Source: Lama guanicoe
Lineage: Eukaryota
Direction of reading: 5' to 3'
Length of the DNA stretch: 64,000 nt
Assembly: GCA_013239625.1 (NCBI GenBank)
Contig: MU053873.1
Span: 1,254,524-1,318,523 of the forward strand
The notes under the pieces were generated by a model, which made no database searches, was not told where the DNA came from, and was given only the letters and a program-made list of their open reading frames with translations. A program made the position numbers and the translations under genes. Shown in pieces: positions 13,023 through 24,745 of the stretch (position 1 is its first letter; each line of letters starts with the position of its first letter).

Positions 13023-13483
13023 TGTGGTAGGGTGAATAATGGTCTCCAAACATGTTCCCAGCTTTATTCCCAGAATTTATGAATATGTTCCTTTACATGG
13101 CAAAAGGGACTTTGCAGGTGTAATTAAGTGAAGAATCATGAGATAGGAAGATTATCCCATTTTATCTAGGTGGCCCAATGTCATCACAATGTTTCTTTTA
13201 AGAGGCACAGGAAGAGTCAGAGTCAGAAGAGATGGAGTGGTGTTCTTTGAAAACAGTGGAAGGGGCCACAAGCCAAGGAATACAGGCAGCCACTGGAAGC
13301 TGACAAAAAGCAAGGCCCCTCAGAGCTCTCTGCAGGAACCAGTCCTTTACGTTACACCTTGACTTTAGCCAAATGAAACTAATCTGATTTCTGACCTGCA
13401 GAACTGTAAGAGAATAAATATGTGATGTTTTAAGCCACCCAATTTGTGGTAATTTGTTTCAGCAGCCATAGGAAACCAATATA
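13023..13483 (+). mobile_element. MaLR solo LTR (MLT1C/D-like) retaining its poly(A) signal AATAAA at 13413-13418
   Basis: Starts TGTGGTAGG.TGAATAATGG; contains TTACATGGCAAAAGGGACTTTGCAG; ends CAGAACTGTAAGAGAATAAAT...TTTAAGCCAC...CAGCAGCCATAGGAAAC. Confidence 0.88.
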
Positions 13484-14260
13484 CTCACCAATGGTAGGTG
13501 GTCATCAGCTGCCGATTTAGGGCCACCCAGCATCCCTTCCTCTTCCTAATCTCACAGTCCAACTTCCTTTTGGGGGAATTCTTTCCCTATCACATGAAGT
13601 CATAGGGGGAGGGGGAGATGATAAATCTCAGTGTCTGCCTGCCCCCCACTATAGAAGCTGGAGGGGTTCCCTAGTCTCATTCCTTGTTAGAGCTCTTTCC
13701 CCTGACTACCCAGCTGCAGTTGGGTAGAGGACTTTTATTAAACATGAGCAAATGATGCTAGGATGGCAGTGTTAGTGGTAGACACAATATTGTGCTAATC
13801 TGGGCTCTCTGTACTTCCTGACTTTGGCTTTGGACAAATTACTTCAAATTGCTAAGCTTTTATTTCCTTAGCTGTTAAATGGGCTCAATAAGAGTACTGA
13901 ATTAATATGGTGTTTATAAGAATTCAAGAGTGGAAATTTCATTTAAAGTGCCTGGTAAGGAAGGGATCCATCAATGTTGGCTTCCATCATTAAAGGTGGG
14001 AGGGTCACATAAGTATCCAGAGGGAGCCATAGAAAGTTCTTTAGCAGGGAAGTAACATTATCTGTTCAGCTTTTTGGGGGCATATAAGATGGGTGGTTAA
14101 TTGAGATGCCTTTGATAAAACAGATTTGGGGGATGCCAGGCCTGGGTGGGTGGTGGGAGCAGAGGTAGAGGGGCATTACACAGTGACTGAATTAATTGCT
14201 ATTCCCTTTGGAAGAACGGATGTGTTGCTCTATAGTGGACCTGCTGTGCCTAGATGTTGG

Positions 14261-14715
14261 TGTAGTGGACGGCTCTTATCTGTATCAATCCTGAACCTGA
14301 TGCCTCTTGTGGTAATTATAGCCCTATTTTTCTGGGAGAGGCATCCCTTCTTTCACTTGCCCTTACCCCACGTCCTTCTGGTGGGGGCTGACCCTGTTCT
14401 CTTACTAGAAGGACTCCTTTTAGCCAGATCTGGCCAATCTTGTTGTAATTGGCTCAGGCAGATGAATGTGACCCAAATGGGTGCAATGAAAGTCAACTTG
14501 AGACTGGCTGGAATTACTGGGATTCAGCTCCTGCTTTTCTAGTCAGATATGACCTAGGAGATGCCCAAGACACTTTGTGGAGAGAAATGCATGAGTGAAG
14601 GCATCACAGAGGGATGCAGAGCTGAGAGACTGTATAAAGACTGAGGTTATTTGGAGCACCTGGATCCAGCTATGCCTGAAGTGAGATACTGCCCCTGGAC
14701 TTTATTCCCTTTATT
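14261..14715 (+). mobile_element. ERVL-class solo LTR (LTR16-like)
   Basis: TGTAGTGG start; ATTGGCTCAGG..TGTGACCCAA..CAAT and GAGCACCTGGATCCAGCTATGCCTGAAG motifs typical of the LTR16 family. Confidence 0.6.
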
Positions 14716-15976
14716 GTTTTACTCCAGGTGTTTCCCACCTTCTCCCCTTCTCCAATCACTTGTTTCTGGAAAAGGCCAGACTAATAAATTCAAACATTTA
14801 CAAACTCCGAGAGACTCTTGGACACTTTTTTTTTTTTTTAAGTAGGGAAAACATTCTCTACTGTTGTTTTTGTGCCAAGTTTTGGGTTTTTAGAGAGGTT
14901 TGGGGCAGAGAATGGAAAGCAAAGATTTGGGAAGTAACAGTCCCTCCAGCCCCAGGGTTGAGTGAACCCCCTCCCAGCTAATTATGCCACAGGATTTGGG
15001 AGCAGAGCCCCTGTCATTAAACTTTTTAAGAGTCTTGGAAGGATAGAGCTGGAATTATACCAGTGAAGCTTGGAGAGCTTGGTGTGTACTAGGCATTGTG
15101 CTCAGAGACATGTGCCTCATCTCCTGAAAGCTCACCTTAACCCTGTGAGGTATTACTGCCACTCCCCCCATGTAGATTTAGAAATCAAGGCTGGCTCTGT
15201 CCTGTTCAAGGTTTCCCAGTGTGCAAGAGGTGGAGGGAGACTTGAACCGAAATTTACCTTTTCAAGAGCCCTTGGTTTTTAACGATAAAACAAAATCACC
15301 TAAGAGGTCTTATCACCTGATTACCACTTTGTAAGTACAAGGAGCAGGAGTTGACACTTCATCTGGATTATTTCGCGTCTTCCCAACATGGCTTGTTGGT
15401 CGAACCTTCCTAAGAAGGAACAGGCTCCTGGAGACCTGACATTAATCAGGCAAATGTTGGCGGACATGTGGGACTCGAACTCGGTTTCCCCACTGAGTCT
15501 GGCTTTCCCAGGGACGTGGACATTCACCGTGCCACTTAGGCTCGTGCACGTGCTTGCACACCTCCGCGACTAGGATCTCTTCCCCTCAGAGGCGTCTTTC
15601 CCCCCGCACTTCTTAGGGGTAACTTCGTCCTGGCCCAGACTATCGCCCCAAGCCCAAGTAGGTAAAGCAAGAAGGGCAGCGCCGGGTAGGGGCCGCGGGG
15701 CCTGGCCTGGCGTCGTCCGTAGTGCGGCAGGAGGCAGCGACCAGCCCAGAACGGCGAGCGCTCGGGCCGGGCCGGACGGGTGCGGAGGGGGTGGGCGCGA
15801 CGCCGGGAACAGCGGCGGGCTCCGGAGGGCGCGAGGCGGGGCGCGCGGGGAGGGGTCGGCGAGTGCGCGCTTGCGCGGTCGGAGGGACCCGCGGAGGCGC
15901 GCAGGGAGCGTGCGCGGCGCGTGCGCGGCGGGGGGGTGGTGTGGGTTGCCGCGGCGGCGCGCAGCACGGCGGGAAC

Positions 15977-16006
15977 ATGGCGCGCGGGGCCGGCGCGCGC
16001 GCCTAG
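15977..16006 (+). other. Candidate upstream ORF (MARGAGARA*) in the TTC28 5' leader, overlapping a YY1-like AACATGGCG motif
   Basis: ATG at 15977 in strong context (A at -3, G at +4); TAG at 16004-16006; 48 nt upstream of the main ATG. Confidence 0.5.
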
Positions 16007-16054
16007 CTGGCGGGACCGTTAGCTCGAGGCAGACGCAGCCCGGGCCCCGCGGGG

Positions 16055-16156
16055 ATGGAGCAGTCGCCGCCGCCGGCGCCCGAGCCCACCCCAGGGCCGA
16101 CCCCGTCACGGAGCCGCAGGCGGCGTGAGTCTGAGTCGCCGCCGGCGCCGGCGCCG
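16055..16156 (+). CDS. TTC28: TTC28 (tetratricopeptide repeat protein 28) exon 1 coding part: MEQSPPPAPEPTPGPTPSRSRRRRESESPPAPAP
   Basis: ATG in strong Kozak context (GGGATGG) inside the CpG island; CCG|gtgagt consensus donor at 16157; recognisable TTC28 N-terminus; CHEK2-TTC28 tandem synteny. Confidence 0.93.
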
Positions 16157-16689
16157 GTGAGTGCGTGAGGGGCGCGGGCCGGGAGACTTTCTTTGTGAAA
16201 CTCCGTCGGTGCGAGCCGGGCCGGGCCGGGCCTCGGCGTCTGACGAGCACCTTGAGGCGGAACCCGTCCCGCTGTCCGCGTTCGAGCCGTGCCTCGCGCC
16301 GCTCGGCGGCGGGACCCAGTCTGCCGCCTGCCCGCCTCAGTTTCCGCGCGAGTGTGTGCGCGCGTGCCTGGGGCGTGGGGGGTATACAGTCGGCGCCTAA
16401 TGTGCGCGGTGCCTCCTCTTCGCCTCAGCCCACGGGAGAGGTAGACGGCTGTCACTGGGCGACAGGTGTCGGCCCAGCCCCAGGTAGAAAGAATCTGAGG
16501 AGTGAGCTGTCCGTCCTCGGAAGGAAGCAAATCTGTGGATGTCTCAGCACAGTGATTTTGGAATGCTTTACACCCACCTCAGTTTCGTGGTGTGTTAGGG
16601 GTGTCTGTCAGTCAGGGTGAAGGATGCTGAGCGAAATGGACTTTGGAGGTGTGGCTCCCGCTGGATGAAATGGGTTGTTCCTGAGCACT

Positions 16690-16862
16690 GGACTCCCCCA
16701 AACAGCCAGGGTGTAGAAATAATCTGGAGCGCTTGGGGAAAATACAGGCGTCACAACTCACCCTGGGCCCACGGACTCAGACTCTCCGAGGTAGAGGAGC
16801 AGATTTTGACTTTTTAACAAGCTCATCATTTATTATGATCAGGCCAATTTGACAAACACTAT
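16690..16862. mobile_element. MER5-like hAT DNA transposon fragment
   Basis: AATCTGGAG.GCTT..AAAATACAG..CTGGGCCCCAC..ACTCAGACTCT...TTTTAACAAGCTC pattern. Confidence 0.5.
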
Positions 16863-17704
16863 TTTAGCCTAAGCTTCCTGCGAGCAGGAACTTGGTCTGC
16901 TTGTAGCTCACCGTGGCATCTTGGTACCAGGTGCAGTGCTTGGCACGTGGTAGATGGTCAGTAAATATTTATAGGAAGACCAAATAACCTAGGGAGTTTC
17001 CAAAATAGGAGTTCTGCAGGTATTTTCAGGAGCTTTTTGATATTAATATCTGTCAGATTTACTGTACAGTGTGATTTTTCTCAGGTCCCAACTTAATTGT
17101 TGTGACTTTATAAATGCCATGTTTTCAGTATGTTGTAGGCAAAAGTAGGCTATACATTGCTTAGTATAAACCATCAACTATGTGTATCCTGGCTAGGTTA
17201 AAATTAATTCTAAAACAAAATTCTGAATTTAAAAAAATGCATGTTTCTTTCTCTTCGTCATTTGGGAACACAAGGTTTATAGAATTTTATTTCTTTGAGG
17301 CAGGTAAATATTTACGTTTTCATCAAAGCATATCTGAATTACTGTTTACTCAGAAAAGTTGGCAATTTGCTTAAACCTCTGAGAATTTGTAATCTTTATG
17401 TGATATTTTGAAACTGAGGTTTATGTTTAGTTCAGAGTTGGTGCTAAAGTAGAATTGTTTGAAAGTTAATTATTTCAGGGACACTTTTTTTTCATGTTTT
17501 AAAAATTTCAATAGTTGAGTTAGTTTCAGTAGTTTTTGTTGTTCATGGACAAAATATGAATGTATAAGGAGATAAGATTTTGGAAGTTGAGGCTGCATCT
17601 AAAGAAAAATGGAAAAATTAGATGCTCTTTTTTCTTTTGTTCCTTCTTGTTTTATTCTTGTAGTTTATAGGATGCCTTTTAAAAAATTCCTTCTTTCAGT
17701 TGAG

Positions 17705-19420
17705 CTTTAATTGACAGATAATGTATTAGTTTCAGGTGTGCAACATAATGATTTGCTATATTGCAAAACAATCACCAGAGTAAGTTTAGTTAACATCCAT
17801 CTCCATACGTAGTTATAATTTTTTTTAAAGATCTTCAGCAACTGTCAAATATACAATACAGTATTATTAACTATAGTCACCATGACTTTTTCTACTACAT
17901 ATCTTTGGGAAAAAAAACAACTTTGTTGAGATATAATTGATCTTACAAAATATAGCCTTTGTCACTGGCTTCTTTGACTTAACACAGTGTTTTTTAGGTT
18001 CATCCATGTTATACCTGTATCAGTATTTTATTCCTTTTTATGGCCAAGTAATATTTAATTGAACAGATATACCACATTTTATCTTTTAATGTATTGATAG
18101 TTATGGATTTCCCCCCACCCTCCAACTTTTTGGTTGTAATGAACAGTCCTACTATGAACATTTGTGTATAAGATTTAGTGTGGACATTATGTGTTTATTC
18201 CTCCTAGGCATATCCCAATTTCTGGGTTATATGGTAACTCTATTTTATCCTTTTGAGGAGTTGAAAAAACTGTTTCCTAAAGCACTACATTATTCTGCAT
18301 TCCCACCAGCAGTTTATGAGAGTTTTACAATCATGCCAGTACTTGTCTGTCTTTTTAACTTTAGCCATCTAAGTAGGTGTTAAATGGTATCTTACTGCAA
18401 TTTTGTTTTACATTTCCTTCATGACTAATGAAACTGGGCATTTTTTTTTGTCCCTGTTGACCATTTCTGTATCTTTGGACAAATATCTATTTAAAGGCTT
18501 TGTCCATTTTGGGGGTCCAATTTTTAATTGGTTATTTGTCTTACTGAATTGTAGGAGTTCTTTAAATATTCTGGATACTAAGTCAGATATATGATCTGCA
18601 AATATTTTCTCCCATTCTGTAGACTGTCTTTTCACTTTTTTGATAGTGTCCTTTGTTGAAAAAAAAGTTTTAATTGTGATGAAGTCCAGTTATCTATTTT
18701 TCTTTTGCTCATGCTCTTGGTGTCATATCTCAGAATCCATCGCCAAATCCAAGGTTGTAAAGGTTTACCCCTATGTTTTCTTCTGAGAGTTCTATGTTTT
18801 TAATCTTTATATTTAGGTTGTTAATCCATTTTGAGGTAATTTTTGTGTATTGTGTAAGGCAGTGGTCCAAATTTATTCTTTTGCATGTGGTGATCCAGTT
18901 GTCCCAGCACTATATATTGAAAAGACTGTTCTTATCCCATAGAATGTTCTTTGCACCCTTATTGAAAATCAACTGACTATATGTTAGTTTTAATTTCTGG
19001 ACTCTCAGTTTTATTCTACTGTCTATCCTTATGCCAGTACTATACTATTTGGTTACAGTAGCTTTGTAATAGATTTTGAAATTAAGTGTAAGTCCTATAA
19101 CTTTATTCTTCTTTTTCAAGACTGTTTTGACTTTTCTGGGTCCCTTACATATGGATTTTAGGATCAGTTTATCAATTTCTGCCAAGGAGTAGATGGAATT
19201 TTTATAGGGATTGTGTTTAATATGTCCTTTCAGTGATGTTTTGTAGTTTCCAGGTTCAAGTCTTACATTTCTTCCAAAAATTTATTCCTGAGTGTTCATT
19301 TATTTGATTTGGTGCTATTGTACATGAAACTGTTTTTAATGTTTTGTTTTACATTGTTGTTGTTCATCACTAGTTCATTCTAGTGCATAGGAGAAATACA
19401 GTTGAGTTTTGGATATATCT
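17705..19420 (-). mobile_element. L1 fragments: L1MA9-like 3' end (~17705-17885), then L1MB-like 3' UTR/ORF2 C-terminus
   Basis: The minus-strand ORF MKRQSTEWEKIFADHISD...KELLQ... is degenerate L1 ORF2; typical L1 3' UTR motifs. Confidence 0.88.
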
Positions 19421-19672
19421 TTTAATTACTATTTAGTGGTAGTCTGTTCAGTTTTCAATTTCAAATCTTTCCCTGCAAACAGTGAGGAAGAATGGTCTTT
19501 GAAAGCTCAAGTGTGGATGCAGATCTAGATTCATATCTCTAAGTTTTTGTTCTGCTACTTACTAATTGTATGAGTTTTTGCCAACTTTTAACTGCTATAC
19601 ATCTCCGTATTCTCAAAAGTATAATGGGGTAGCAGTATCTTTCTCAAAGTATTGTTAAATAAACCAGAATGT

Positions 19673-19806
19673 GGGGGAGGGGGAGGGTTTAGCTCAGGGG
19701 TAGAGTGTGTGCTTAGCATGCGTGAGGTACTGGGTTCAATCCCCAGGACCGCCATCAAAATAAAGAAATAATTAAATGAACTTAATCACCCCCCCCACAA
19801 AAAAAG
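19673..19806 (+). mobile_element. tRNA-Ala-derived SINE (Vic-1-like, long-tail form) inserted in a MIR
   Basis: TAGCTCAGGGGTAGAGTGTGTGCTTAGCATGCGTGAGGTACTGGGTTCAATCCCCAG, then an AT-rich segment, C-run and A-tail. Confidence 0.85.
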
Positions 19807-20989
19807 AGAATTTAGGTAGATGTTCAGAACAATGCCTTGGTAGGGATTTGCTACTTGTTGTTTATCTTCTTTTCATTAATTAATTCTATGTAAAAGCATG
19901 CCAAAAAGCAAACAAAACTACTAAACCAGAAAACCAAAACAAAAATAAAAACCCTTTCCCCCCAAACCCCTACCCCTCCCAAATAAATAAACGTAAAATG
20001 ACAGGGAAAAAGCAAACAAACAAGCACAAAAACCCACAAAGGGAAAACCGCAAACAAAACCCTCAAACCTCTTCCTGTCCTCATCACTTTTCTGTGACCC
20101 AGGAAATCCCTGTGAGTGCTTGAGGAACAGTGAAAGGCAAAGTTTCTCACATCACACAGTTGTATGATAAAAGCCTGCTTAATCTAGGCTGCTGTAGACG
20201 ATATTTGACAATGTATTTGTAAGTATTACTAAAAATAATAAAAGTGTAACTGAAAGCTGTTTGCTTTTACCCCATAGTTTTTATTAATGTGCTATTCTTT
20301 TAGTACTTATTTCTCCTAAAAGCAGAAGCAACATTTTTTCATTAAATTTGATGGTTACAGTTATCACTTCTTTTGATTGATTGCTATTTTAAAAAAAACT
20401 CTGAGACGAAGTCTGATGTTTGAACTGAAATTTAATAGTACTTTTATTTTGATGTCTCTTCAGTTGCTGGAATATATTGTTATTTTGTCCAGGAAGAAAC
20501 CAGAGACAATATAAACCAAATATGACGCTTGGAACATATGTTCATTGAATGTTCACTCTGAATCAAAGAAAATAATTATTTACACTCTAAATATTACTTT
20601 AACAATAAAAACTTACCTTCAAAAATCACAGTTATAATTAAATTTATAATCCACAAGTCCAGATTGATAGCTCATAGACATTTCTATGAGAATATTTTAA
20701 ATCAAAGTTGGTGTTTGTTTTTTTAAATGCTTTTATTATTATAAAAGCTGCATGTGTCCATTGTACAAAATTATAATATACAAGATAAGCAAAAATACCC
20801 CCATAGCATTACAAATACAGTGATTACTACTATTAATATCTTAATATATATCTTATTGGAACTTTTTCTGTGCATCTTTCTGTATTATAGTATTTGCACA
20901 CATAAACACAAGTGTTTGTAGGTGTTTTAACTAAAATAAGAGAACACTGCACAAAATGTCTTTAATTTTTATTATATTTTATTATATTT

Positions 20990-21810
20990 AAAATCAGCTT
21001 TATTTAGGTATAATTCATGTAAAATAAAATTTATCAACTTTAAATGTATAGCTTTGAGTTCTGACAAATATATATAGTTATATAATCACCATCGCAGTAA
21101 AAGTAATAGAAGACTGTTCCTTTTTATTACTGAGTACTACTCCAATGTATGTGTCCTACAACTTGCTAACCATTCACCAGTTGATGAACATTTGGGTTGT
21201 TCCCAGTTTTTAGTGATTGTGAATAGAGTGGCTATGAACATTCACATGTAAGTCTTTGTGTGTTTCATAATACAGACATCCACACACATATGTATGTGTG
21301 TGTGTATACATATGTGTTTTTTTTTCTGGTAAATATTTATGAGTGGGGTTGCTGGAATGTATGGTGAACATATATACTGTTGTGAAGCTTTTTTCAGTCA
21401 GTGATTTCCATCCCCCCGCCTTTTCATTTAAGTAAATTTTCCTCTTATTAAATTCTCAGACAGTATCTAGTATTGTTCTTACATATTCCAAATATTCTTT
21501 AAAGCTGTTATGTCAAAATCAGTATCTAATCCAGGACCAGGACTTAATTAATATTCTTATGTCTCTTAATCTAGCATGACCCCTTTTTTCATGACACAGA
21601 ATCATTGAAGAAACCTAACCAGTTCTGCAGTTGTCCTCTGGATTTGTCTGGTGGTTTCCATGTGGTGTCATTTATCTTGTTCCTTTATTTCCTGTAAACT
21701 ACAAGCTGTACAGAAAGACTTGATGGATCCAAGTTAAATATTTTTGGCTAGAATTACATGATCGGTAATGTCTACTTAATGTTGCAATATAAGGCTCATT
21801 TTATCATTAG
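20990..21810 (-). mobile_element. Old L1 (L1M/L1ME) 3' UTR fragments
   Basis: AGCTTTATT.AGGTATAATT...GAGTTCTGACAAAT...CATTCACCAGTTGATGAACATTTGGGTTGTT motifs. Confidence 0.65.
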
Positions 21811-23004
21811 TATTTTCTTGCTGTTGAGAAATGGAAAATGGTGATAATATCCTTCTATTCTTTAACTAGAGGTTAGTGACTAGTCCCTCTTACTAGAGAT
21901 CAAAAGTAGTGTTGGGAGATTGAAAAGGCAGTAACTGTAACTAGAGAGTAGAATAGAGAAAGGAGGGAAGCAGATGTCATAGTATGGCTCTAATTACTCT
22001 CACAGTGACCACTACCAAAAACCCCTTTTCGTCTCATGGCTACATTACCTCTAGGAGAGGAAATTTCAGTCTGAAGAACATGCATTATTTAATAATTAAT
22101 AGTGCAAAGTTAACTTGAAGCAATCTGAAATGTGAATGGTTGAGATTCTAGCTGACAAATGATGATTTATAATGAGGATGTGGTACTGTTTTGTGGATAA
22201 AGAACAGGATTGCTGACAAATAGCTGGTGGTCTAAGTAACACAGCTAACCTGACTGTGTTGTGGTTTTGCAAGATTAAAAAAAATTTAGCTGGAACTGTT
22301 AAATATGGAAAGTCATCTTATTGTATGTGATTTCCCTTTTCATGATTACATATTTGGTATTTCCATGCTATCACTGGCTAAGCTTGCCATAGTGGAAGTT
22401 CAGAAATTTCCATACTAGTGTTTCAAATTACTGTGAACTTAGTTCAGAAAATAATAGGGAAGGTTGTTTTTTTTTAAATTACTATTCTTTGCACTTGCAG
22501 AATTGCATTAAGAATATCACTTTGATGAAGATGAAACTTACTAAGATTATTATTTTCTTCTGTCAGTCATCATAAAAGGAAAATCAAATTAACCTTAATA
22601 TTTAGCTTTTGCCAAAAAATGCATATAGAAATACATTGGTGCTCATTTTTACATTATAGACACAAGAAAAAATAGTTTTTGAAGGTGAGGAGGAGAAAGT
22701 CATGATAGAATAGGTTAAAAGAAAAAGACATACTGGGAAAGAATCAATCAAATAAATAGAAAGTAGAAGCAAGTGGAGATGGGAGAAGGAAAGAGGGTAA
22801 TTATTAGATTTAAAAAACAAACATTCTAGCAATTATTATTGGGATCTCTGTGTGACTATTCTTTTGTGATTAAATTCTGCAGCATCAAGTAAAGCTGAAA
22901 TAGATTCAGTTCTTTGGGGCTGAAGGTATTTTTCTTGGTTGTTTTATTTTAGCAGTTGGACTGGCCAGTTTAAGGAATGTAGTTTTAAAATAAAAATAAG
23001 TCTA

Positions 23005-24745
23005 ATCTTGATATCCTATGTTCATGGACCAAAAGACTTAACAGTGTTAATATGACAGTACTCCCCCAAATGATGTGCAGGTTAAGCACAGTTCCTATCA
23101 AAATCCCATCTGCCTTTTTTTTTTGGAGAAATCGACAAGAATTTCCATATGGAAATGCAGAGTACCCAGAATAGCTAAGGCAATCTTGAAAAAGAACAAA
23201 CTTAGAGGACTCAGAATTCCCAATTTCAAAATCTACTGTAAAGTGACAGTAATCAAGACAGTGAGGTACTAGCATAATAATAATAACGTAGACCAGTGGA
23301 ATTGAGAATCCAGAAATAAACCCTCACACTTATTGTCATTTGATTCTCAACAATGATGTGAAGACCATTCAGTGGGGGAAAGAATAGTCTTTTCAATGAA
23401 TGTTGCTGGACAATGGACAACTGGATACCAATGTGCAAAAGGATGAATTTTGACCCTTACCTCATACTATAAACAGGAATCAACTCAAAGTGAATTGAAA
23501 AACTTAAATGTAAGAGCAAAAACAATAAAACTCTTATCAAAAAGCACAGGAGCAAACTTTGTAACCTTGGGTTAAGCAATGATTTCTTAAATATAATACC
23601 AAAAACACAGGTAAGAAAGGAAAAAGTAGATAAATTGGACTTTATAAAAATGAAAAATGTTTATGTGTTAAAAGACAGCTGCCAGAAAGTGAAAAGAAAT
23701 CCCACATAATGGAAGAAAATATTTGCAAATCATATATCTGATAAGGGACTTGTGTTGGTAATATATAAAGAACTCTTATAACTCAATGATAGACAAAATA
23801 TAATTAAGAAATGGACAAAGTATTTGAACAGAAATTTCTCAAAGAATGCATACAAATGGCTAATAAGCATATGAAAAGATATGCAAAATTATTAGTCATC
23901 AGGGAAATGCAAATCAAACCACAATGAAATACCACTTCATGCCTAGTAGGATGGCTAAAGTGAAAAAGACAATAACAAGCATTGACAAGGATATCAAGAA
24001 ACTGGAGCTCTTGTATACTGCTAGGAAGAATGTAAAGTGGTGCAACCATTTTTTAAAAAAATTTTTTTATTGAGTTATAATCATTTTACAATGTTGTGTC
24101 AAATTCCAATGTAGAGCACAATTTTTCAGTTATACATAGGTGTAACCATTTTTGAAGACAATTTGGTAACTCTTCAGAATGCTAAACATAGAGCTGCCAT
24201 GTGGCATAGTGATTCTACTCCTAGGCATATACCCGAGAGAAATAAAAGTATTTGTCCACACAAAAACTTGCACATGAATGTTCATAGCAGCATTATTCAT
24301 AATAGGAAAAAAGTGGGAATAATCCATAAGTGCATCAACTAAGTGTTAAGCGGATAAACCAAGTGGTATATTCATACAAAGGAATATTATTCAGCCATAA
24401 AAAAGAACTAATATATGATACAATATAAATGAACCTTGAAACCATTGTTCTGATTAAAAAAAAACTACTCACAAAAGATCACATATTGTATGATTCCATT
24501 TATGTGAAGTATTCAGCACAGGCAAATCCATGGAGACAGAAAATGGATTATTTGCTAGGTACTTGGAGTAGGAGTGGGAAGGTGCTCCTAATTGGTGTGG
24601 AGTTTCTTTTTGGGGTTATGGGAATATTAAAATTGTGGTAATGGTTATCAAAGTGAATAAATCAAAAACTGTGAAACTGTATCCTTTAAATGGATGAATT
24701 ATATGGTATGTGAAATATATCTCATTGGAGGTGTTAAAAAAAAAG
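23005..24745 (+). mobile_element. 5'-truncated L1 (L1MB-like): ORF2 C-terminus and 3' UTR, with a younger nested L1 tail
   Basis: Translates to ...[38 protein letters not shown]... (L1 ORF2); ends ATCTCA..GTTAAAAAAAAA. Confidence 0.9.
24054..24138 (-). mobile_element. Young, extremely 5'-truncated L1 3' end nested in an older L1
   Basis: TSD GGTG(C/T)AACCATTTTT at 24039-24053 and 24139-24153; body shared with the copies at 36639 and 50259. Confidence 0.85.

Larger units (their letters stand above)
15500..16520. promoter_or_regulatory. TTC28: CpG island / TTC28 promoter with GC-rich tracts, NRF1-like GCGC(T/G)TGCGC motifs (~15867, ~15917) and an E-box CACGTG (15547-15552)
   Basis: Abrupt very GC- and CpG-rich block in otherwise CpG-depleted sequence, spanning TTC28 exon 1. 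Individual motif calls are sequence matches only. Confidence 0.92.

Noticed and set aside
15536..16620. Many long overlapping ORFs on both strands
   Set aside because: Expected from stop-codon scarcity in a GC-rich CpG island; low-complexity Arg/Ala/Pro/Gly products. The real coding part is 16055-16156.
19680..19755. tRNA-Ala gene
   Set aside because: It has a SINE tail, a degenerate acceptor stem and three diverged paralogues in the window, one with a clear TSD; it is a SINE, not a tRNA gene.
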